A stretch of DNA of 64,000 nt from Lama glama (lineage: Eukaryota), in assembly GCA_028534125.1 (NCBI GenBank), contig CM052817.1:75332001-75396000 (forward strand), in the 5' to 3' direction. This document shows, one piece after another, positions 52,612-64,000 of the stretch; within the stretch, counting starts at the first letter, position 1, and each line of letters begins with the position of its first letter. The position numbers and the translations under genes were made by a program. Under the pieces are notes generated by a model that saw nothing but the letters and a program-made list of their open reading frames with translations, did no database searches and was not told the origin of the DNA.

Positions 52612-53360
52612 TTGACATACTACATTTTCTCAAGATGACCACAATCTTGGTTCTCATCTAACATGCCTTTCTAGATTCTTGCCACTTCTCATCACAAAGT
52701 ATTGTATAATCCTCCTCCCATTGAATCTGTATGGTTTATAAAATCACTTGTAACTGTCAGAATGTGTCAAATTATATATACAGCTTCCTAGGATAGGTCA
52801 TGAAAGACAATGCAGCTTCAGTCTTTTTAGCTGGAATACTGAAATGCTTATATTTTGAAGCCTTCAGGTGTAATGTAAACATTCCAATTGCCATGATATC
52901 ATGCTGTTAGGAAAACCAAACTAGCATTCTACGCAGAAAGAAAGAGGCTGGACTAACACTAGCTTATCCAGCACCCAGACCCCACCAAAATCTCTGCCTT
53001 AAACACTGTTTGACTGCACCTACATAAACACCTCAGGACATAGCCACCCAGGTGAACATTTCCTGAATCCATGATCCACAGGAACCATGAGAAAAAAATA
53101 ACATAACTGTTTAAAGTCATTAAATTTTGAGATGATCTGTTATGTGTCAACAGCCTCCTAAAACAGAAATGTGATACCTGGAAGTAGGGAATCTAATATG
53201 AGAGATATAAAATTGGGAATTTGCTTTGAAACTAGATGGTTGGGGAACATTAGTAAAAGACTCGAGGTTGCTGGTAAAGACTTGGAGGACAGAGATGAAA
53301 ATATATGGAACATTGGATAAAATGAGACAAAAATACTTATAGCTTTCTCTTAAATTATCA
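52612..53360 (+). mobile_element. MaLR LTR (MLT1F/G-like) plus start of MLT1 internal sequence
   Basis: cctcccattgaatctg, cttcctaggataggtcatgaaag, tttaaagtcattaaattttgagatgatctgttatg...aaaca, then gatacctggaagtaggg. Confidence 0.8.
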
Positions 53361-53435
53361 ATTATTAAGTAAGAATTTGATATCTTATCTCGGACTGTAA
53401 GCAACAGACGGCCCCATACATACAGCCTGAGTAAT

Positions 53436-54320
53436 TTTATTTTTAAACAGCTTTGAGATACAACTTACATATTGTAAAACTTACTCAAGTGAAAAATTTA
53501 ATAGTTTTAGTGTATTTACATCACCATAATCTAATTTTAGAACATCTTCCTCACTCCAAAACTAAACCCTATCCCTATTAGCACTCACTCTTCATTCTCC
53601 TCCCAACTAATCTACTTTTTATATCTGCAGATTTGACTATCCTGAACATTTCATATAAATAGAATAAAGGAAGGCATAGTGTTTTGTATCTGGTTATTTT
53701 CACTGAGAACTTTTCAATATTTATCCATGTTGTAGCATGTATCACTTCTTCATTACTTTTTTAATGCCAAAGATTTTTCATTGTATGGATACATCCCATT
53801 TCTTTATCCATTTATTCAATTGAGAGGCATTTTGGCTGTTTCTACTTTGGGATTATTATAAACAAAGCTGCATTTGTTTACAAGTGTTGGGTGGATATCT
53901 TGTTTATTTCTCATAGGTATATAGCTAGGAGTAGAATTGCTGAGTTCTATGGTAACTCTATGTTTATCATTTTAAGGATCTAGTGAACTTTTCTAAAGTG
54001 GCCGCACCATTTTACAGTATCAGCAGCAATGTGTAAAGGTTCCAAATTCTCTATTTCCTTGCCAAATCAAGAAGTGTGAGCCCTTCTGCTTGTTTTTTTT
54101 TTTTTTTCTTTCTCCAGATTTTTTGAATAGTTCGGGTCTGCTGTGTTACCAAAAATTTTTAAGGGTAAGCTGTTGATATCTGCTAAAATTAAAGAATAAA
54201 AAAAGAAGGAAAAAGGAAGACAAGAATGAAGAAGGGAAGATGATTTTATAGGGACTGAATCTGTAGTTCAATTTGGGTAATGGTGAAATTTTAGAAATGA
54301 GTCCTTCAATCTATGGGGTG
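53436..54320 (-). mobile_element. L1MB-like 3' region
   Basis: aacagctttgagatacaac...aacatttcatataaatagaat...ggagtagaattgctgagttctatggtaactctatgttt. Confidence 0.9.
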
Positions 54321-55039
54321 TTCCAACCCTCAGAAGCAGAATTTAAAAAAAAACCAGAAAATTGGAAGTGGCAGCTTCTCATTTTTTAAGGATATATTCT
54401 GGAAATCATTGTTCTGAGTTGCCAGTATTATTCAGAGTTTGGTTACTTGACTCATTTAGTACAAGGTAGACTGGGAAATGCAATCTTGTGCTTAGTCTAC
54501 ATTACTGTCATTTTATTAAGCTAAAAACTGGGATGCTGTAATTAATGTGGAAGAATATATATTCATACTGTACATTAGGAGCCTCTGTCTCCTTCCATGT
54601 AGTGCCGTTTCAACGAATCAGGCAGGGAAATTAAAATTATTTTCCTTCGGATTCTTTCTGAGAAAAGCCATCATAGTGTGATATTATTCAGATATGCTTG
54701 GAAGGAATAATTGTTGCAACCATTATTAAACTATTCTTTCCTGCCTTTTATTATATTTCCTGAATATTCCTTAAGTATACATTAAAGGATGAGTTTCCTG
54801 TTATTTCAAAATGTTGGAATTACTTAACATTTGTCTTCAAGCTTTTTAAGAAAAATAATTTTTCAATGATTTCTATGAAATATTAACAATCAAATTAAGT
54901 TCCTGTTTAGCTTTATAATATAGTTATAATAGTTGTGATTTTGTTTGCAAATATATAGAGAGAATAAGGAAAATACTTCATAATTATTTCGTATTACAAA
55001 AATATTTCATTTAAAAGTATGAAAGTGGAGTTTCTATAG

Positions 55040-55200
55040 CTGTGCTTTGGGGAGGAACATGAAAATGACAAGTTTATTTTTGGTTATGCTGAGTTTGAGG
55101 TGTTGATAATACATTTATTTGGAAATGTCCTATAGACATAGAACAAATATTTGAAATGGAAAATTGAGGCTCAAAAGAAATGAGATTTTTGAAAAGCAGA
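55040..55200 (-). mobile_element. LINE-2 fragment
   Basis: tttggttatgctgagtttgaggtg...ggaaatgtcc...gaggctcaaaaga. Confidence 0.65.
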
Positions 55201-56559
55201 TGGCTGCTCTAAATGATTTTAAACCTCTTGATCTCTGTGAATTATATCTTAAGATACTAAAAGTACTTGCACTTGAGCCTGATAACCTTTTGAAAGACAG
55301 GAAAACAGTTATTAAACCAGAAATACCACAAGTTAATATGAAGTAAATGAAATTGTGACTCCACAAAAAGAACATAGTTTACAAAACAATCTATCCCAGG
55401 AAACTTTATCAAGTACATGGTTAAAAGGATAAATTTTGCATTTAAAATCAATGTAATTAGAATCTTGAATCTTAGAAAGAAATAAGAAGTGATTATCAAT
55501 AGGAACAATAATAATAGTCATAACAGTAACTCATTGTTTTGGTAGAATCAGAAGAGAAGTGAAACACTAGCATCCTTTGGAATTAAGGATATTTGATGCA
55601 GCAAATCAAGAGAGAAACACCCTGCGTCTCTGACACAACTATTAGGTGAAACAGCTGCTGACTGATCCACCTTGGAGAAAGTGTTTCTTACTAGTCACTA
55701 AACAAGGGCTGGCTGAATGGAAACAACATGTTTTTTACGTTGTCATGGGCTGGTTCTTGGTTAATGATTCCCGGTTTTCACTCAGCAAATTCCTTTTCAT
55801 CCTGTGGAAGAAGTTAGGCATTATCTCCTCCCTGAGGGATTATTTAACCCTCATCCTAGAAGGACACCTTTACCACTCTCACAACAGCACCACACAGAGG
55901 CTTTTTTTTTTTGGAGAACTTGCCCATTTGCTTGGGATGTTTATTTTGGAAACACTCACTTGCAATCCCATAGATCTAAAGGGCAGGGATTTTGACTTTC
56001 ATTTTTGTCAGTAGCTTGAAAAAGTACTTTGCTGCTATGTTGATGAAGAAATGGAATGTGAAAGAAATAGCAGTATTTTAGAGAAAATATTCAAAGGGCT
56101 TTGAAAAGTAAGTATTAAATATATGGGATAAAATGAAATACCAATAATTTAAAGCCATATGTATGTATACTCAAAACACCAAGAGAACAAGAACTTAATA
56201 GGAAATATATTCCTTAATAGAAAGTACTTGTGAAAAAGCAGGGACTATTTAACTGACTTTAATCTCAATATACAACTATGTAAATAGATAGTGCAATTCT
56301 ATCAGTGTTTTAGAAATATGACCATAAAATTATGTCTAATTCATTGACATACTGTATTTTGGCCAGATTACATCTAATTATTTTAACATTTTTATTTGAA
56401 TTTTTTGAATTAGATTTCATTTATTTATTATAAATCTCAAAAAGGGTATCAACAATGAAAAGATTTTCTGAATCACAATCCTTCATCTACTCAGTTTCCA
56501 CCCCTCCCAAACTCTTCCTTGAGTTTCCTTATGGATATACAAGAAAATGTTATTACAGA

Positions 56560-56920
56560 TTATCAACTGCTCTCTTTTGTTTATACAAAAGTTTGTATAT
56601 ACACAGCATTTACACCCTGCTTGCTTTTAATTAAAAATATATTTTAGAAATATCCCTATCTTAATAAAACCTTATTATTCTTTAATGCTGCATAGTATTC
56701 CATTGGGTACATGGACTGAAATTTATCCAGTACCCTACTGATGGACATTTTATTCATTTCCAATTATCTGGAATTATAAATGGTAATTTAGTAAAAATAT
56801 TGTAAATACTTTGTTTCACATGAGGTCACATAATTATATAGGATATTCTCAGATGTGGAGTTCTGGATCACAGTGTGTGGGGGAGCATTTGTAATTGTAA
56901 TATACACTTAAACTGTCTTC
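56560..56920 (-). mobile_element. Old L1ME fragment
   Basis: gctgcatagtattccattg...ccctactgatggacattt. Confidence 0.7.
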
Positions 56921-57673
56921 TTATTATCTCATACTTAAAAAATATTCTTGGTGCCAATAATTACTATTACTATTGTTACCAATAAAATTTTTGTAAGTAG
57001 TGTCTATTACCTAAAATCAATTTTTAGGTTTACCCTAAAAATTTAATATGATAACTTTGAAGTTATTTTAAGTTTTTAGATGTAGTAAGTGTCCCTGTAT
57101 TTTAAAAACATATTCAAAGGTTTGAAAGGTGTAAAAATGTCAAACCTTGTTTCTTTTACTCAAAGAAAGGAAGTTTTGGTTGTCGTATTACAAGAAGGCT
57201 GAAGAATAAAATACGGAGAAATTAACATTTAACATATAAATTCACTCTTGCATTGTTCAGGTTGCTGTTTTCCTCCATCCTCACTATAATCTGTTAACAC
57301 TGATTCCATTAGAAACCCACAAAGAGACTGGCCATCTTTCTAAAGTCTCTAGCATAGAACTTTATATTGAGAGCACTGGGAGAAGAGACAACAGAAATCA
57401 AGCTAAAACTTTCAGGAAGGTTAGGCAGTTATCTGGAGGTGATTAAAAAACTGCATCACAACTTCAAAGGCTGGTGGTTGAGAATCACTGGTACACAAAA
57501 TGAAGTGTGAAATGAAACTGTTCATACATTGTTTTTATGTTTGTTTTAAATTATATTAAGTGCAAATGCTTTATAATTGATAACGTACTTTCACATGCTT
57601 TTCTAAAATAGTGATTTATAATGACATTTAATGAGAAAAAATAAATCTTATTCCACTTTGTTCATGGCTTTGG

Positions 57674-57748
57674 TTCTTTATGTGGCTATTGCTATTCATT
57701 CCAAAATTTTGCTTCTTTATGTGGCTATTGCTATTCATTCCAAAATTT
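57674..57748. repeat. Perfect 36-bp tandem duplication (period 39)
   Basis: ttctttatgtggctattgctattcattccaaaattt at 57674-57709 and 57713-57748. Confidence 0.95.
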
Positions 57749-58589
57749 GACCATTGCCAACATTTTTAGGTTGATTTGATTTACAGCATCTTCTGCAGTT
57801 TTATAATTGCTGAACTCTTGCCAGCCATTATAAGATTCATCTTGTGCCTGTACTCTTAATTTGTTCTGGAAATTAGCTGGCATGAGTTTCTCTTCTCTGT
57901 TCTTATTTGATAATTTTCCAGATTCATCAACTAAGTTTTTGCCAGCACTTTACTAATATAAGTCTACTTCACTTTTTTCTTTTGATTTTCATGAACTTTA
58001 TAACTTTTCTATAAAATTTTCCACAACTACTCTACTTCATTATCTGAAAGAATTCAAAGTGTAAAAAATTAATTTATGAAGTTGAATGTTGCTTCCATTG
58101 AAGGATTATGATTATATTTTACAATCTTGAATTAATTTCATAGGTGTCTGTGCTTATAATGCTTTATGCATTTTATATATCTTGCATTTATATAAAATAT
58201 ATGCCTTGTATATAATATGTATTGATTAGTCTCACTTCATTTCACCTATCTAAAAATTTCCTATTAAACACATCTAATTTAAAGATAATTCTTTTGCTTC
58301 ATCTCAGATTTTTTCCAGAGTATAATTGTAAATCATTAATATACTAGACTCCATCTTCCTTAGTTTATTCATAATACTTCTGAGTTATTTATAAACTCAC
58401 TTTAACAGTTTACAGATTACTCATGTTTATTTTCTCTATGATCAAAAATGTCATATATATTCTAACACTGTGAACACATATACATAGATTTTTATATTAA
58501 ATTGATGTATGAAATATTATCATACACTCTTTTCTGTTATTACTCTTCTTATATCAACAAAATGTGCTGTATATTCTTGATTTAATATC

Positions 58590-58720
58590 AACCTCAGGAT
58601 AGTCACTGCCAAAAAGGGACAGTAAAAGAATCCTGTCAGGGTTGATGCAAGAACAAAATGAAGTATTATATGTAAAGTGTTGATATCGGAACCTGGCACC
58701 TAGTTAGTATTCAAGGAATC
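58590..58720 (+). mobile_element. MIR 3' fragment
   Basis: cagggttgatgcaagaacaaaatga...tatgtaaagtg...cctggcacctag. Confidence 0.7.
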
Positions 58721-61124
58721 ATACTATGCCTATAAATTGCTTCTAATGAATTATTGTTATTCCTTGAATAGTGTCAGAATAAGAGAGACTGCATGATCCA
58801 AATATTAAGTGACTACAAATTCTGATTGTCTGATGCTTAATCACACAATAGAACATTGATGTTACTGAGGGAACTGTTAGTTTTAAGCTACATAAAGACG
58901 TTTCTCCCCTAGAGAAGATACATAAACATTCAAGTTGTGATAGTTTCAGTTGTCCTATGTCTACTGGATAGTATACAGATGGACGCTACCCATGCTATTT
59001 GTCTCATGTTTACTAGTCTTGGATCCTTTGCCTTTCAAACTTCATCATACATTTACTTCTTGGATGGATAAATTCACTCATTCATATTCTAGTCAAACTT
59101 TGCTGACCTGAGAACCATTCTGATTGTCTCTTTTGACTTATATCTGATCAGATACACTATTTCAAATTGATTTTACAGTTTAAATCTTAGAGGAAAATCT
59201 CACCTTTCTATGGAGTTTCTCCAGCATTCCCACTAAGTTAAGGGACCACATTCATGGCACCATCTGCCTGTGCAGCCCAGTATCTCCTTAGTATACTACT
59301 AGAGCTAGAAATCCAAACTTGGTGACACAAAATATGATCTTCCTGAGCATAACTACTGACAAACAATACTTAGTATAAAAATTTTCGTTAATTGCTAGTA
59401 ATATCGTGTTTCTTAAACCAATCCTATTTTTCTGTTGGAGCTATCAATAGGAAATTTGGTATTATTTCTCTACTTAAATGCTTATTTCCCTTCTACTTAC
59501 TTAAATACTTCATATATCTTGATCTGCCCTTCCTGAAACATGCATTGTATATCTGTTTTCCTCTGAATGATTTATCTATCATACTATGTGTTGCTGTAGT
59601 ACTGGACATTCTTATTGTATTTTCCAATTTCCTGGCATACACTATAAATTAAATGTTTTCTTAGTTATAAAGCTATTTGGTCCAATATTTGACTTTATCT
59701 TTAAAGATACTGTATCTTTAAAGATGGAGTAGACAGTGTGACAATTGGAATTTTTCATTAAATGTTTCCTTTGTGCACTCATATCAAAACATGTACTTCT
59801 TAATTTTAAGTATATAACTTGTAAAATTTTGTATTATTTATTTCTAATTTTACTGATTTATGCAATGCAGATTTTAAATGTCTAATTTTAAATAATTTAA
59901 GGATTTTATTTATAGTCAACTATAAATATTTTTTTCTGAAAATATCTCTAAAACACTCCAATTACATACTTGACTTTATGTCTAAGTTTAAGAGTGCTAT
60001 TACTGTTCTGCTTTGTTATTCCTTATAACCCCTTGGATTGCCCTTTTACTTTTAACCTTCTATAACATAATAAGTGTATGCACTTCAATGCCAAGTTTTT
60101 GCAGAAAGCATTAAAGTACCTGTATTTCTATGCCATATATTTATTCCTATTAATAAGGTTTTCTTTTCCTTCTCACAATGTTTAATTATCACAGATAACC
60201 AAAATATCATACAATTCTCAATCATCTCAAATATATATAATGACTTAGATTAAAAGGTTGTTTTTCCTTTGCAAACTTAAAACTATTTAATCTGATTTTC
60301 ACATCTCTACAGCTTCCTTTCTTGATTGCTTATTTCTTGAGTAGTTCTATAGTATTTTCCTCAAAATGATACACAGATGAAATGGTCTTTGATTCGTTTT
60401 ATACTCACATATGTATTTATTTCACCATATGAAATGTGTTTTTCATGTATTTTTCTATATTAAACTATTTATTATATACTCTTTCATTTAGTTTGTTTCA
60501 TAATTAGTTTTAGATTAGTAATAGAATAATAATTCATAGTTGTAAAAACTTCTTGTTGAATTTTTATTGTGAAATACACTTTTATCTCTAATAATATCTC
60601 TTGCTTTTTTAAGTGCATGGATATTAGCACAGTTATAAGTAGATTTATTTTTGTTTGCTCTTTAGCTTTTTTCTTTCTATTATTGCTTTACTTCTCAGCC
60701 TTCATCCCCGCTAATTCAGTTTTGGGCCTCAAAACCCTATAGTCTGATTTCCTTTAGTAAGTTTCTTCTTTTTAATGTTTTAATCATACCAGGTCTAATA
60801 TATACATTATATATATGTATATATATAAAAAATATATTTTATATTTGCAATAAGTATTTAAGATTTACCACATTTTATTTGTTCATTCAATCAATGTTTT
60901 ATCAAGATATGAGTCTAATATTAAGATTTGAGTAAGCAGTAAAAGAGATTATTTGGAAATTTAGAAATATTCATAAATACTATCCACAACTTCTTATTCT
61001 TATTTCAGAACAAATTACTCATCAATAACTAGCATAGTAGGGTAGATAAAAATTATAGTACATAACACGAAAAGTCTAACTCTTCCCTATTTAGAAGTAA
61101 GCACATATGATTTGGTCTTTTTTA

Positions 61125-64000
61125 TGTTTTATTGGTGTGAAATTCATAAACATAAGTTCATAAATATAAAATTAACCATTATAAACTCTACAACTCAGTG
61201 ATATTTACTACCTTCACAATACTGTGCAACTACCTCCAACATCAAATTCCAAAATATTTTCATTGCCCCAACAGAAAACCCCTACTCATTAAACTCCATA
61301 TCCCCTATTCCCCACCCGCTAGCAACCACCAATATGGTTTTTGTCTATCTTTATGGATTTACCTGTAACGTTTTTTAATACATTCTTTGACATAGCTTGA
61401 TGTTTTGAAGTTTATCCACATTGTACCATGTGGCAGTACTTCATTCATTTTTATGGCTGAATTAATATTTAATTGTGTGTATATATCCATTTTTAGTTTA
61501 TTTATCTATTAATGGACATCTGAGTTGTTTTCAACTTTTGGCTACTGTGAGCAGTGCTACCATGCATATTTGTGTCTGGTTTTGATTTCAGGGTAATGTT
61601 GGCCTCAGAACTGAAGTGTTGTTTACTCTGCTATCTTTTTCATGAGTATATACAGAATATATATATATTCTCCTTTAAGTATTTAGTAGCATTTACTAAT
61701 TTAGCCAACTGTTTTATCCCTGAATAAATGATAAATTCCATCTATTTTTTTATACAGCTCTTAAATTAAATTTTTTTTTTCTTGAGTCAACTTTTGTAGT
61801 TTTTGACTTCTAAGAATGGATCCATTTCATAATAATTAAGCAATATATCGATCTACTGTCTTGCTAAAGTCATCAGTAGTGTTTATCATTTCTGATTCTG
61901 ATAATTGGAGTCTTTTATTTTTTTTTTCTTGATCAATCTATCTGATGTTTTGTGCATTTTGATAATCTTTTTATAGAAACAACTTTGGGATTTTTTAAAA
62001 TTTTCTTTCTTATTTTTCTATTTCACATTTCATTTCATTATTTTCTGTTCTCATTAGCATTTCTTTCCTTTTGTATATTTTAGGATTTGTTTGCTCTTCT
62101 TCTTCCAGTGTTTTAAGGTGAAAAGTGAGGCTACTGTTTGGACATCATTCTCCTTTTTTAATACAGACATACACAAGTAAAAATTTCTCTCTAAGCAAAG
62201 TTTTCATTGTCTCCCAGAAGTTGCCTTTTTTATTTCTATGTCTTTATTTTATATTCATCTCAAAGTAATTTCTAATTTCTCTGTGACTTCTTCATTGGCC
62301 CATTGCTCTTTCTGTGGGCTGTTTAATTTCCTCCTATTTCTGAGTTTCCCAATTTATTTTTGTTACTGTTTTACTTTTCTAACGTTTTATTCCATGTGGT
62401 AAGGAAAAACTACTTTTTATTGTTTCAAGCCCTTTAAATTTATTGTGATTCATTTTATGGCCTAGCTGTATTAATCATCTTTTTGTTTGTCTGTTTTTCG
62501 TTTTTTTTATATTTTTCTGTCTTCTAATGCTTTGACAGTTTAGTACCTTGTTCTTAGACATAGTTGAAAACTCGCTCACTTATATACTTCTGTATATACA
62601 GACCAAACAACCCAGAGTCCACAATCCATCTACTTCTTCTGTTGAACTCTCACACTCTGGGCCACTATAAATGTGCCCTGATCATGCCGGGTCAGGGATC
62701 AAATAACCAGAAACAGTCTAGTTTACCTGTTTTACATGCCTCACCCATTCTTTACACATAAACCACACTAAAGATCCTTGCCTACAAGTGTCTCTCAGTC
62801 TGTTTGCTGCCAACTCCTGTGGCCCTGCATAGTGTGGCCTGTCCTCTCCTTCTGAGTACTGTGAGTAATAAATTATCTTATCAATGCAACTATCTCTCAA
62901 TCTGTTAACCTTACAATACCTCATTTAAAAAAATGCACTATATTTTAAACCACTAGCGTTATTATATCATGGACAAGGCTCCATCTTCACTTAAGGAAAT
63001 ACATATTATTGTATTGGTGGATGGTGTGCTCTATTGATGTTTGTTGGATCTAATCAGTTTACAGTGTTTTTTTAATCATCTATTTCCTGTTGATCATCGG
63101 TTTAGTCTTCCTATCCATTATTCAAAGTGAGAGTACTGATATTTCTAATCATTACTGTTAAATATCTATATAAACCTTCATTTCTATGAGTTTCTGCTTC
63201 ATGCTTTTGGGGGCTCTGTTTTTATGCTTCAATATTTTTATAATTGTCATAGTTTCCTGATGTTTTTGACTCTGTTACCATAACAAAATGTATCCCTGTA
63301 TCTCTAAAAACATTTTAAAATCAGTTCTGTCTGGTATTCATATAGCTACTACAGCTTTCTTCTGGTTGCTGCCTGCATGATATATCTTTTTTTCTATTCT
63401 TTTACTTTCCATCTATTTGTATGCTTGATTCTGAAGTGTGTCTCAGTAGACAGCATATGCAGAATTTTTTTTAATCCTTTTGATCTCTCCCTTTGGATAG
63501 CATTGTTTAATCAGTTTACTTTTAAAGTTATTAATATGATTTAATTTGTCTACCCTTTTACCTTTTTGTTTCCTGTACCTCTCATGTCTTTTTCTGTGTT
63601 TGTAACTCTCCTTTACTGCTTTAATTGCCAAAATAGAGTATTCTCTAATGTGACATTTTAACTTTTTCTATCATTTTTCATTATTTAACTCTGAATTAAT
63701 AGTGATTTCTCTAGGGCTACCACATACATCTTACTAGAATCTGTTTCAGATTTATTCCAGTGCAATACAGAAATGTAATGAGGGTGTTAATATACATATT
63801 TCATCTATATATATGTTACATACTCAACAATAAATTTTTATAATTATTATTTTTATAATTTTACATCTTTTAAAGAAAATTAGAATGGAGAACAAGTCTA
63901 TATTTATAGCTTTTGTAATATTAACTGCCTGTTTGCCATTTCTGTTTCCCTTCGCTTTTTTCCTGTGGGTTTCATTTACAATCTGGAGTCATTTACTTAG
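61125..64000 (-). mobile_element. Fragmented old L1 (L1MB-like 3' UTR through ORF2 5' region), interrupted by an LTR
   Basis: ttcacaatactgtgcaactacc, cagggtaatgttggcctca, ctatccattattcaaagtgagagtactga, gtgtgtctcagtagacagcata. Confidence 0.85.
62560..62930 (+). mobile_element. ERVL LTR fragment (MER74/MER73/MER54-like)
   Basis: ctctcacactctgggccactat, aaaccacactaaagatccttgcc, gtggccctgcatagtgtggc, ctgtgagtaataaa. Confidence 0.7.

Noticed and set aside
55646..56014. 122-aa ORF
   Set aside because: GTG start, no recognisable domain and no convincing splice boundaries.
1..64000. CRISPR array, operon or prokaryotic defence system
   Set aside because: The sequence is mammalian repeat-rich DNA with no regularly spaced repeat-spacer array and no long ORFs.

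Overview
AT-rich mammalian DNA, very likely camelid (alpaca/camel), judged from two tRNA-derived SINEs resembling tylopod Vic-1 and two young L1 3' ends of one subfamily. There are two 500-N assembly gaps. I could not identify an intact protein-coding gene, RNA gene, CRISPR array or prokaryotic system. The listed ORFs are chance ORFs, gap artefacts or repeat relics. Much of the window is interspersed repeat: L1, L2, MIR, MaLR/ERVL/ERV1 LTRs and hAT MITEs. Family names were assigned from memory of consensus sequences, not by a search. The most interesting signal is a chain of decayed, partly phase-compatible exon-like segments on the + strand at about 0.9-6.2 kb, possibly extending to 8.2 kb. 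They encode amphipathic helical peptide with in-frame stops and form a candidate unprocessed pseudogene that the ORF track misses. Other highlights: an ERVL provirus 3' end (integrase, dUTPase, PPT, LTR) carrying five nested insertions; an internal L1 RT fragment with a perfect 14-bp TSD and no poly(A); a 20-bp microinversion inside an L1; a twin-primed L1; several ultrashort L1-tail insertions; and two candidate first exons at 31.7 and 34.0 kb.
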